DNA of 64,000 nt from Octopus bimaculoides (GCF_001194135.2 NC_068996.1:25676642-25740641); one strand, 5' to 3'; shown: positions 52,489-64,000, numbered from the stretch's first letter. The notes: generated by a model from the sequence alone, not told the origin. Program-made: numbers and translations.

Positions 52489-53494
52489 GTAAGTATATTT
52501 TTCCAAATATTTAAAAGTTTCTATGAGGATTTTAATAATTCACAGTCCTTGATTTTCGTGACTACTCTTCAAAACATGGTATTTTATCTGTCTAAATTCC
52601 GCTATAATTAAACAATGCCAAAGAGATATCTTTAGAGGGAAATATTTCCTAAAATTCTTATGAAGAAAATATTTAAATTGTGATATTTGTATAGATTAAC
52701 ATTTAAAATGTTTTCTTTTCAGAATTTTGTCTTAAAAATGTAAATCCGTTAATGATATCACCTTCCCCCCTTTCCTTCCCATCACACACTCACACATATA
52801 ATGTGCGTGTAAAGTTTTTTGTAAATTACATCAATTAACTCAATGTCATGATTCTGAAAACTTTCCTAAGAAGAAATAGTAAAATTAAGGAATATAAGCA
52901 TGATAGAATGTTCAGGAATTGGAAGTTAAAGAATTGTTGAAATGTCATTTGCTATTTGATGTTGCTAAGTTTAAGAGCATTTCCAAAACACTAAAATGAT
53001 TGATCACTGATATGACCATCAGGTTGATAACTGATGTTGATCATCTGCAGTATAACAGAAATTGTCATCATGCTCTTTTGTTATCTACATTCCTAAACCA
53101 GGGAAATATTAACCAGCTATAACAGCAATAATGATAGATTTCTTTTCAAAGATGAGCTGATTTCTCGAAGTATGTTATACCTCTGTATGCAGCATTGATT
53201 AAACACAGATGATGTCTTAATGCCTGAACCAAAGCAAAAATTATCTGATACAAATACACAACAGTTCCAAATGTATTGTATCACCGTTTATTCTCTCTTT
53301 GACTCTGTGGTTGAGTTACATTTAATGCCATACATTATTTAGCTTAGAAAGTCTGCATTCAATTTGTTGGTAACTTCGCTTTCTGGCAGAAGTGAAATAG
53401 CTTTTCAGTTACATGGAAAATACTGTGATTAACATAAATTGCTATTGAAACAGTTGCTTAAACACTACTGCTGCCTGTGCATGCTAGTTTTAGT

Positions 53495-56110
53495 TTGGAG
53501 TTTGGTGACAAGTCTCCTCAAATCTTAGGTATTTTATTTTGAAGTTTGGTGACAAGTCTCCTTAAATCTTAAGTATCTTCATAAAGATTCTTACTGAATA
53601 TAGAATGGTACTTTTCTGCAGGTTGACAATACAAGGTTCAGTGCTAATCTCTGTCAGTCTTTTAGGTAGTATTTTGGATGTTGTGCCATGTACACCAATT
53701 GCTACTGGAATAATTTTGGGCTTGGTTTTTCATGGTCTCCTCAGCTCAATAGTTAAATCCTGATGTTTTTCAATTTCTTTGCTATCAACTCTGATATCAT
53801 AGGGAATTGCAAAAGTCTATGATTTTACACTGTTTGTTTATTTTGTCCTTTGTAATCATATCTAGTTTTCTTGCTTCAATAATATGGTCAGTTTTTATCA
53901 GGAAATCCCAAAAGATCTTATTCTCATTTTCATGCCTCTGGTTCATGTTCATACCACTTTTCTGTTGTTTTTTAGCTACACACTTGGCTAGTATCCCAAT
54001 GCTCCCTTTTGCCTACACCTTCATGTCTTCGTTTACCCTCCTTTTGTGCTAATATACTGCACTCACTCAAGGATATTTTGATCTCCTTTTCTGCAGATTT
54101 TTCATTTGCTGTCTGACTGAATTTTATCAATCTTTGCCTTTATCAGGTTTGATCTAAGAGCTTGTTTCTGTCTCTCATTTCAAGTTCCTGTCTGTCAACC
54201 AGAGTCAATGATCTTTACTTATAACTTTCTCAGTTTGTTGCACAAATTAACCATGTAGTTCCATTTCTTTCCATCTGTTTACTTTGTTCTTCCTTTTCTC
54301 TTTCAATTCTCCTACTGTTTCAGCCACTTTTTGGGTGTTTCTGGTTGCTGATAGTATTCTTTCTTTACTCTGCACAATATAATTTTTCAGACCCAGTATC
54401 GCAGTATTAAGTGTTTTCTCTGTTTAGTTATTCTCTGCCACCTTCTGTTCTTGTTAGGTAGAGTCCCTTGGTATTGCTTTTAGGGTGGAACACATTATGC
54501 ATTGTGAGCAGCTTTCTAGTTCTTCTATCCAAGTTTTGTTGCTCAACTTTTGCCCATTTCAGAATGGGAGCAGAGTATCTCAGTATGGGCACAGTCCATG
54601 TATTTATGGCTTTAATGAAGTTCCCACCATTTAATTTTGTTTTGAGTACTGTCTTAATTCTCCCCTTGTACTCTTTTGTGACTTTCTCTCATTTTTCCCT
54701 TTCATTATCCTATTGGCTTGCACTCCTAGATATTTGTAACCCTCGTTACTCCACAGCGATCTAATGATGTTGTCTTGTGATAATTTTATGCCATCAAAGT
54801 TTATCTTCAGGCCTCTCTTCATAATGAGTACTGTGCATTTATTTACCCCAAACTGCATTCCAATATCTTTATTAAAAACTCTCACTGTTTGAATGAAAGA
54901 ATCTAGGTCTGTCTCTTTTTTTGTATACAGCTTGAGGTTGACCACATAAAGTAGGTGATTTATTCTCATCTTGTATCTGGCAAGCTCACAGGTAGGCCTG
55001 GATTTTCTCAGTATATTTATTGGGGATTAGCGCAATGACAAAAAGTAATGGAGAGAGTGAGTCTTCTTGGAAAATGCCACTGCATAGTTTCACGTTGCCT
55101 AGCAATTCATTTGCATATGTCAATTCTACTTCCCACATTCTCATTGCTTTCTCCAGAAAGTTGCCTAATCTTCTCATTGACTCATGAGCATCCTCAGACA
55201 CTCCAACAGCCAGCTCTTTGAGATGTTGTAACCCTTCCTGTAATCTATCCATCTAACAGCTAAATTCTTCTTTCTTACATGTGCCTCATTTAATACTTTA
55301 TCTGTATATAACAGATCAGCAGTTTCCCTTGTTTTCTTCCTACATCCTTTTTATTCTTCTGGTAGTAAATTCTCCTTTTCCAGAAAATCATATACGTTAT
55401 CTGCTATGAGACAGTCCTTTGTGTCTTATATTGTAGTTCTTTTGCAGTTTGTTCCCATGTCCTCCCCTCACCATTTTCTTCTCTGTTTGTATGTAACTGT
55501 GAAAGGTCTTTCTCGAGCTGTTCAATTTGGTTCTCAAGCCTTCATTCCCACCATGTGGCTTTATCCTTTGTTTTTCTTTCATTTTTAACCCCCAAGAGTT
55601 GCACAGCAACAGAGGCTGCACAGTATTTGGATGTGTTATGTTTCTGATGTAGATTTTCGTTAACAATTCATTCCTCTTTTCCCTCTTTCAATTCTTCTCA
55701 GAGCTGCTAGCCTTTTTCTTTTGCTATTTCATGCCTCATTCAAGTGTAAGTAGTTAGTTTCTGTCTTTCTCTAACAGTTTTCCCTTCAGAAAATAGACTT
55801 CATCATCTGAGCAACTGTTTCTTTTGTGGGTAGTTATTGGTCCTTCTGCTAATCCCTGTTCTACTTTTTGCTCTTTATGTTCAGTGTAGTCACTTTCACA
55901 CTCTTTCACTATTGTGGAGATCTTCAGTTCCAATTGGGATAACCACTAACTTTTTCACAATTTTTTTTTTTGTCTAGAAGTCTTTGCTCTGTGATAGGGA
56001 GCATGTCTATTTCTGTCCAAGTTTTATGCATCCTTTTCTTGTATCCTGTTTTGGTAGGTTCACTTCTGTAATAGCTTTCCATTACAGTTCTATTGTTGAT
56101 ACTTTGCTGA
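53495..56110 (-). mobile_element. R4/Dong-clade non-LTR retrotransposon, decayed and internally deleted
   Basis: Minus-strand relics in order: N-terminal VMESYYRSEPTKTGYKKRM..WLSQLEL; RT LLPEE*KGCRK..NLAVRWIDYRK, GIFQEDSLSPLLF, INHLLYVVNLKLY, DIGMQFGVNKC, YKYLGV; CCHC-like ILSECSILAQKEGKRRH; RLE KIFWDFLIKTDHIIEARKLDMI..IIDFAIPYD. Confidence 0.9.
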
Positions 56111-56119
56111 ACTATACTG

Positions 56120-57830
56120 ATTAACTATACTGGTGATTAAACCATATCCTACACCGCCAGGTAGGTTAAGCATCTCAGCGGTAAGGCTGATGGACCAGGG
56201 GCTTTCCCGGTCTTCTTATCCTGAATTGCCTTTATCCATCATACTGCTGTCAGCATGATTAGTTGCTTTCTCTGTTGGATTCACATAAGTGAGATTCTCT
56301 TTCCATTCATTTTCCACATTTAAATAGCCTTTCATAGTAGTACTTCCATGCGTCTTTTCAGAGTCACTGAGTACAAGCATACCATTATCCATTTGTACAC
56401 ACTTTTCTTCCACAACATCTAGATTCTCTCTTACTCACTGTCCAGTGATCTGGAACATCTCAAGTCTCTGATCTTCATGCTGTAAGACATTGGCAAATCT
56501 TTTCCTTTCTGCTTCTGCCCTTGCTTGATAAACTTGTTACCTAACCTCCCTCTTGACTACCCGATACAGCTTTTTGCTGATTCCATTTCACCAATCTTTC
56601 CAAGCCTATCTCTTCTTCACTTGTATGGCTCAGCTGACCTCACTGTTCCATCACCAAGTCACTCTTTGATTGGCAGAAACCTTGCCCCAGCTACAACTTA
56701 TGCCTGCAGTCTTCAGAAGGTTGTCTCATAAGAACTTCCAGTTGTCCTCTACATCATATGGTCACAGCTTTTTCCTCTTCCTCATCAAATGTTTTAATCA
56801 GAATGTCTCCAAACCTCTGATTGTTTGGTGTATCCAGGAGTTTCCTTCACTTTCTTTCCTAAACTGGTTTGTGCTTTTGTGTCCATCTAACCCTAAGTTT
56901 GAAGTTGCTAACCACTAACTTATGTTGAGTTGTACATTCCTCACTGGGAAAGGACTTTGCATTTACAAGCATCTGTCCATCCCTGTTTCTGGTGAAAATG
57001 TAGTCAATCTGGTTTGAGTGCCAATCATACTTGATAAGTGATTAAATGGCTGGTTAGTGTTTTATTCTAGCAAGTCATTTGTGTCACAGAACTCTAGCAG
57101 CCTTGTTTCTTCCTTATTTTTAGTGCCAAAGCCAAAACCTCCATGCACATCATAAAATCCATTGATGTGTTGTCCAACATGACCATTGAAGTTGCCAGCT
57201 ATGATAATAAGGTTATTGTCCTTTGTTGTTGAGGTAGTCTGGAGAAAGAACTCATAGCAACAGTCCTTGTGTCCATCCAGTATGTGGAGCATATGCAGAG
57301 ATAAATGTTACTGTTACTTTATACAAGACTATTCCTAACTTGATAATCCCATCACATATCCTGACTACCCCAATCACCTTTTCTACTCCTCTACCAAAAG
57401 TATACCTACATTGCTCACCCCACAACTATTCTCTCCAGAATAATTTAAATCTATACTCCTTCTCCACAAGCAGTCTAGCTTAGGTTCTCTACATGCAGCA
57501 GACATCCATATTTCTTCACTTAAGAATTTCAAGTCTCACCAGACCAACCTTTCATAGTGCTCACATTGATCGTGGCTGTTCTAAGCTTGTGAACTTCAGA
57601 AGAGATTGAGAGCATGTAAGGAAATATGTTTGATATCTGTGTAGAAGGGTACTTTTTGGGGCACATACTTGGATGCAGTGGGTCCTTGCACATGTCAATG
57701 AAATCAGGTATAGGTAAATATGCACATGCTACTCAATATTTAGACTCCCTCCAACCCCACAGTCATCAGGGGGCAAACCCCAACAAAAATCAAGGGGGTG
57801 ATGGGGCAGGTGTGCAGTCATAAGGTATCG
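56120..57830 (-). mobile_element. RTE-clade LINE, 5' half (AP endonuclease to start of RT)
   Basis: KLRTATINVSTMKG, ISAYAP, IIIAGNFNGHVG..GFYDVHGGFGFGTKNKEETRLLEFC, EKCVQMDNGMLVLSDSEK..LNVENEW and KTGKAPGPS..AEML; the element then stops abruptly. Confidence 0.9.
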
Positions 57831-58003
57831 GTCAACTTCTGATGATATTGAAAGGTGCACCCTTAAATGCTTTCTCATATACTCACATGATATTTACTTT
57901 GTATTATATTATACTTATTTATTGTGCTTTTACTTATTAATTTTTCTATATGTGACAGTGGATTTTCATTGATGAGTTCATGAACCTTGGTTCTCTTCCC
58001 TAA

Positions 58004-58038
<35 letters not shown>

Positions 58039-58566
58039 ATACGGTGAAACTTAATTTAATTTTAATTTTTAATAAATTGATTTTAATTGAGTTTTTACCT
58101 GAAATTTTAGATTTTTATCCCTAATATTATTATATGCAATACATATACATATGCTTAGGCATAAAAGCATGTGTACATATATGTAAACTAACATAGGTGC
58201 CTAAAATGTAAAACTTTATGTATTATGTAGGCATCTGTGTAAACCCTTTGACATCATTAATGAAGGGCCATAGAAACTATGCTTAGAAATCAATCATACA
58301 AATCATGCCAGATCAGGCTGGAGTCTTGTGCAGCTCTAGTCAAAACGTCCAACCCATGCCAGCATGGACAACAGACATTAAATATGATGATAATGACAAG
58401 CATGTGCATATCTAACTTTAATAAGGGTGAGGAAGAATGAAGGGAAATAGTTTTAGTGACTGCTCATTTAGTTTTTGCTTAAATAGGCCCCTGAACACAT
58501 GGATTCATCGAGCGGAGAATTCAAGAATCTGTTTACTCTAACAGGAATTAAAGCAAACTTCATTAC

Positions 58567-59422
58567 GGATCTTTCTGATTTGGCAGGCACCATTTTTTAT
58601 TTATGTTTTATTTAGTGTGTTTTCTACTGAAACACTTTAAAACTTCGTATACTTGTATATTTTGTCTTATAGAACAGAGAAAAATTTTATCTTTTTAAAG
58701 TTATCGTGTTAAAATTGTCGTATTTCCGTAATTTCAAACAATCACTGACGTCTATTGAGGGGAAAACAATTATTGCTGTGGAATGTAAACAACATTTTCT
58801 AGTGGTGTCAAGGGATCTTTTCCCTTGAATAAAATTACTGCCGTTGTTTGTCAACAACAACTATCGGCAGTACTGTTATTTATGACATCGTTCGAGTGTT
58901 TGAACTGGTTTTAGCTTTAGGGGGTTAGGATTAGGGTTATGAGTATTTTTGCCAAATTTGGTGAAAATCTGTTCAATACACCGTCACAAATTTTTCACCA
59001 AATTTGGCAAAAATATTCATAACCCTAACCCTAAAACCCTAACCCTAACTCTAAAACCCGAACCCTAACCCTAAAGCTAAAACCAGTACAAATGTACGAA
59101 TGATGCTATAAATAACAGTACCGCCGATAGTTGTTGTTGACAAACAACGGCACTAATTTTATTCAAGGGAAAAGATCCCATTACACCGCCACAACGTCCT
59201 GTTGACAAACCACAGCAGTAATTGTTTTCACCTCAATAGACGTCAGTGATTGGTTGAAATTACCAAAATACGACAATTTTAACACGAAATAACTTTATAA
59301 AGATAAAATTTTCTCAATAACACTAAGAGTAAAAGATTTTTTATATGACATTCTACCAGTGTCCCAAGTTTGAAAGTGTCTCGTTAAGAAAACAAGTGGC
59401 GCCCGTCAAATCAGAAAGATCC
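58567..59422. mobile_element. Non-autonomous foldback DNA transposon, Merlin-like (GG...CC ends, 8-bp TSD)
   Basis: ~26-bp TIR GGATCTTTCTGATTTG(G/A)C(A/G)GGC(A/G)CCA. TSD TTCATTAC at 58559-58566 and 59423-59430. Inner inverted arms 58677-58967 and 58992-59315. Confidence 0.85.
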
Positions 59423-59866
59423 TTCATTACTACTACTACTACTACTATGATGACTAATGATATTAATGTTCATTGGCATGACATCTGGAGAAATTAAGGC
59501 AAAATGCCTCGGATGTTGAAAGAAATAAATGTAATCAGAATATGTATTCATGAATATTCTAGCAATGAAAATAAAAGCTATTATAATAAAGGAAAATGTG
59601 AATCACTGGGATTTTCTATTAATGAAGTTGGGGGAATCAGTGGGAGAAGGTGAAATGGTTAGATAGTAAGAGGAAGAGAAATTTGTAGAACATTGAGATT
59701 TAGGTAAAAAAAAGTCTTTGCTTGCATCTTGGATGGAGATAAGTTCACAGGAAAAGAATAATAAAAACTTTCCTCACATTGAACTCTCCTGCCATGAATT
59801 GATAGCAGTGAACTCTCCTGCAATGAAATGACGGTGGTAACTAATTGTAATCACATCATATATATA

Positions 59867-59897
<31 letters not shown>

Positions 59898-59909
59898 ATA
59901 TATATATTC

Positions 59910-60760
59910 TTTTAGTCGCTTTTACTTGTTTCAGTCATTTGACTGTGACCATGCTGGAGCACCGCCTCTAGTCGAGCAAATTGACCCCAAGACTTGTAAG
60001 CCCAGTACTTATTCTATCGGTCACTTTTCGCCGAACCGCTAAGTTACGGGGATGTAAACACACCACCACCGGTTGTCAAGCGATGTTGGNNNNNNNNNNN
60101 NNNNNNNNNNNNNNNNNNNNNNNNNNNNNNNNNNNNNNNNNNNNNNNNNNNNNNNNNNNNNNNNNNNNNNNNNNNNNNNNNNNNNNNNNNNNNNNNNNNN
60201 NNNNNNNNNNNNNNNNNNNNNNNNNNNNNNNNNNNNNNNNNNNNNNNNNNNNNNNNNNNNNNNNNNNNNNNNNNNNNNNNNNNNNNNNNNNNNNNNNNNN
60301 NNNNNNNNNNNNNNNNNNNNNNNNNNNNNNNNNNNNNNNNNNNNNNNNNNNNNNNNNNNNNNNNNNNNNNNNNNNNNNNNNNNNNNNNNNNNNNNNNNNN
60401 NNNNNNNNNNNNNNNNNNNNNNNNNNNNNNNNNCACCACATGTCCAAACCAGCGCAATCGTCTCTCTGGCACACCACTACTGACGCTTCTTATGTTCAGT
60501 TTTTCTCTCAAGATACTTACACTCTGACGGGTATGCACATTTGCATTACACATCCAGCGGAGCATACTGGCTTCATTCCTTGCGAGCTTACGCATGTCTA
60601 TATACATATGACGGGCTTCTTTCAGTTTCCATCTACCAAATTCACTCACAAGGCTTTGGTCAACTCGAGGCTATAGAAGACACTTGCCCAAGGTGCCACG
60701 CAGTGGGAATGAACCCAGAATCATGTAGTTGGTAAGCAAGCTACTTACCACACAGCCACA
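59910..60760 (-). mobile_element. Young SINE type B interrupted by an RTE fragment and an assembly gap
   Basis: Head at 60760-60600, tail at 60089-59910 (GCTTGACAACCGG..ATAAGTACTGG..GGTGCTCCAGCATGG..GAAACAAGTAAAAG). Confidence 0.8.
60434..60595 (-). mobile_element. Young RTE LINE 3' coding fragment (continues into the gap)
   Basis: MRKLARNEASMLRWMCNANV..LREKLNIRSV..ERRLRWFGHV, open and CpG-rich. Confidence 0.88.
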
Positions 60761-62615
60761 GTGAGGAAGTTACTGCTTGTTCTGTACTTTTCTAGGTTCA
60801 ATATTTAAGAATAGTCTAGAATTCTGAGCCTGTATTTTTCAGTCTAGTTCACTTTTTTTCCAGCAACACTTACTGTCTTGATTAATTATGTTTACCTTTA
60901 TTATAGAAAAAAAATATTGTAAATATTTCTTAAATGCAGATTTTGTTCAACCTTAAATTTGCGTTTGCACCTAAAAATAACAAGGGATTAGTAGCAGCAA
61001 TATCTGTTACAAATAGATATATTTTTAAACAGTTCACTTTTTTTTTTTTGTCACTTAAAGTCACACACCACTTTTTAGCTAATATTTTTTTGACCAGGTT
61101 TTCACCCCATTCATGTCAGAGCTTTTTCATTTGAACACAGCTATTGTATAGTACGCTTTAAAAATAGCTGAGATATTTTGATTTTGGTTCATACAAGATT
61201 ACGATCCCTGTCAAATTCTGCACCACTTAAAACCTGGACAGTTCTCACATCATTTAAATCTTCTTAAAAGATAATTTATATTGTGCCATATTCTAATAGC
61301 TGACTATTTCCAAGTTCCGCGTGTTTAAAGAAAATTCTATCAAATAATTAACTTAATTCATTAGAGGTTAGTATTAAATGGAATGTCTTCAAGANNNNNN
61401 NNNNNNNNNNNNNNNNNNNNNNNNNNNNNNNNNNNNNNNNNNNNNNNNNNNNNNNNNNNNNNNNNNNNNNNNNNNNNNNNNNNNNNNNNNNNNNNNNNNN
61501 NNNNNNNNNNNNNNNNNNNNNNNNNNNNNNNNNNNNNNNNNNNNNNNNNNNNNNNNNNNNNNNNNNNNNNNNNNNNNNNNNNNNNNNNNNNNNNNNNNNN
61601 NNNNNNNNNNNNNNNNNNNNNNNNNNNNNNNNNNNNNNNNNNNNNNNNNNNNNNNNNNNNNGGTGGGGGGTGGTGCGCGCGCGCGCGTGTTTAAAGAAAA
61701 TTCTATCAAATAATTAACTTAATTCATTAGAGGTTAGTATTAAATGGAATGTCTTCAAGAGTTTAAAAAAAGTTTACCCAATTTTGAGTATTGTAAGTCA
61801 CAGATTCCAAAAACATGGACTGGCTTAGCAATTAATATGCAACACTTATTGCTAGAAAGTATAATTTTAATGGCCCAAATATAAAACTGAAGTAAATGAT
61901 TCAGAAGGAAATCAAGAGTCCAAAAATAAGTGGTGGACTGAATATGCCTGTGATCTTCTTGGAAGAGCATACAACTATAGTTGTTGCTAGTTTATGTATC
62001 CATTATAGTCAAAGATGGCAAAACACTAAAGACTCAAGTAAGATTCTTCATCAGTGGCAAGAATATTTTAGAGACCTGCTAAATTTCTCATCAAACACCG
62101 GTTTATTTTTAGAACACATTTCCATCCAATTTTAATAAAACACTTTATCCACCTATTTTCAATAAAGCAAGAAGTATGTTGCATAAATTTTAAAAACTGG
62201 TGGATATTCTAGCAGAAATGCTCATATTAGAGGCAACAAATGTATCTTCTGTATAATCTCATAAGATATGTGGAGAAATGTTATAATTCCTCAAGACTGG
62301 AGAGATATGTATTTAAGTGATGTAATTGAGTTTTCCAATTAACTGAAATTTTCTTCATTGTAGGAAAAATAAAATGCAAAAATAAAAACTAGCGTTGTTC
62401 AATGAAACAGGGGAGGCAATTAAGAATTTCTGAATTTACTAGCATGAGAGAAAATATAAATTTTGTCTGTTTGTAAAAGAATTATAGATATATTTTCAGT
62501 TTTGTGAACAGTATGTCTGTGAAATAAATTCTGCTCTAATAACTTATAAATTATAATTCCAAGTTCTTAATTTTGAATCTTCCTTTTCATTGAAACTGAT
62601 GTGCTTAACTTTCAG

Positions 62616-62688
62616 AGAAAAAGAACGAAATAAACAGAGAGATGATGCTTGGAACACATTGCAAAATTTAGCCATGACAAATCCTAAG
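62616..62688 (+). CDS. PPP2R5D: B56 exon L (EKERNKQRDDAWNTLQNLAMTNPK)
   Basis: TTTCAG / GTAAAT, 73 nt, phase 2 to 0. It resembles the ...REEMWQKIEELARLNPQ segment of vertebrate delta and follows a 10.1-kb intron. Confidence 0.88.
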
Positions 62689-62854
62689 GTAAATTTTAAA
62701 ACTTCATTAAGTGGTGTACATAGTTTATATATCAAAGTTTTATCAAAGTCAAGTGACAAAGGATTGGCTACTTACCCAGGGAACATTTTATCTTCTATAC
62801 AGAACTTACTTCAGCTATGTGTGTGGCATAAAGTTATTTGGTAATGTTTCTTAA

Positions 62855-63072
62855 CCCTTTCATTACCATATTTATTTTGAGCTGCTCTGTGTTTCTTTCA
62901 AATAATTTTAAATATAACAAAGAATTTAGCAAAATGACTTGTTTATAAATCTGGTGTTAGGAACATAAATTGTGACTAAGGTTGGTGGAAGATTTTAATT
63001 CAGAACTTTTGAAAACAAGTTATTTTTACTACAGAGCCAGAGCTGGTTTCAGCCAGATTGGTATCAAAAGGG
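62855..63072. mobile_element. TTAA-type MITE family 2 (opposite orientation to the 2180 copy)
   Basis: TTAA 62851-62854 + CCCTTTTCATTACC ... TTGGTATCAAAAGGG + TTAA 63073-63076. Confidence 0.78.
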
Positions 63073-63647
63073 TTAAAATTGCTATGTCTTCTTCCAGAGA
63101 TGAATTCCACCTGCTTGAAATCATAAAATGGGGCTTAGTGTAGGCAGGCTCTCAGAACTGCTTGAGGACTTTTTTATTTTGTGAAGTTGGTTATTTTCAA
63201 AATTTGAGAGTTGTTATTCTGCTGGCATTGAAATATTTCTGTTTAAAATACATAGTATATTTAGAATAGTAATGTGAATTTGGAAAATACATTTGGATTC
63301 ACATATGATAAAAGTAGAAGCAAAATAATACATATGTTTTATATGTAAAATAATAATCAATCATTGTACATAATGTGAAGCCTGTCATATATTTGCATGT
63401 GTATTTGCTTTGTCTCCATTTGTCTTTGTATTAATACTGTTTTAGCAGCAGTGTTGTTGTTTTCCTCCCATTAACAAATCTGAAAGTGGTTCAGTATGCA
63501 AAAAAAAAAAAGTATAAAGTACTTTAATCAAATGGGTTGGTATTAAGAAAGGCATCTAACCATAGAATACTGTCTCAAGTTTTGTCCAAACCATGCCATC
63601 TTGATAAAAAGCTGTTGTAAAAATGATTGTGTGTGTGTACACAGGTA

Positions 63648-63865
63648 GGGATAATATTAGTTTCAAATTTTGGCACAAGGCCAGCAATTCCAAGGGTAGG
63701 GGTAAGCCAATTACATCAAATACAAGTGCTCAATTGGTACTTATTTTATTGACCTCTGAAAGGTGAAGTTGACCATGGCAGAATTTGAACTCAGAATATA
63801 AACACAGGTGAAATTGCACTAAGCATTTTGCCTGGCATGCTAATGATTCTGCCAACCTGCCACTT
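63648..63865 (-). mobile_element. SINE type C, near full length
   Basis: Reverse complement of the 49473 copy. Further partial copies at about 6205-6420(+), 9250-9410(+), 11735-11810(-), 23095-23280(-), 36690-36760(-) and 38820-38900(-). Confidence 0.82.
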
Positions 63866-64000
63866 TGATATATAAGGATAATATTATCTGGTTTATTGAT
63901 CTAGATACGTTTTTAATAAATGCAGTACTAAACGAAGCAATGTTATATGTGGGTGGGGGTTGTTATAACAGTGATACAAACATAAGCTATTTTTTAGTGA

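Noticed and set aside
58917-59074. Ancient telomere-telomere chromosome fusion site
   Set aside because: The head-to-head TTAGGG/CCCTAA tracts are short and lie inside a TIR- and TSD-bounded element within an intron.
62689-64000. Final B56 exons (LRRKSELP motif)
   Set aside because: No matching reading frame found; the gene must continue beyond the window.

Overview
AT-rich animal genomic DNA, most likely a coleoid cephalopod (Octopus-type tRNA-derived SINEs and RTE tails), from a draft assembly with six N-gaps. One protein-coding gene is supported: a + strand PP2A B56 regulatory subunit of the gamma/delta (PPP2R5C/PPP2R5D) class. Twelve GT-AG exons between 30399 and 62688 splice in phase into 1398 nt (466 codons) without stops. 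The C-terminal exon(s) lie beyond the window, and a candidate start-codon exon ends at 28519. Everything else is intron-like DNA filled with transposon fossils: mariner, pogo/Tigger, two TTAA (piggyBac-like) MITE families, a Merlin-like foldback element, RTE, CR1, R4/Dong and Penelope retroelements, several SINE families, microsatellites and a 22-bp minisatellite. Most ORFs in the supplied track are artefacts of gaps, simple repeats or decayed TEs. The best leads are four. (1) An 856-bp GG...CC foldback element with an 8-bp TSD that carries inverted telomere-like TTAGGG tracts. (2) An intron (47015-50076) whose start repeats the first 12 nt of the next exon, a possible intron-gain footprint. 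(3) An RTE AP-endonuclease 5' half joined directly to an R4/Dong RT-RLE element. (4) Penelope-associated minimal hammerhead ribozyme motifs. TE boundaries are read by eye and are approximate unless TIR/TSD positions are quoted.
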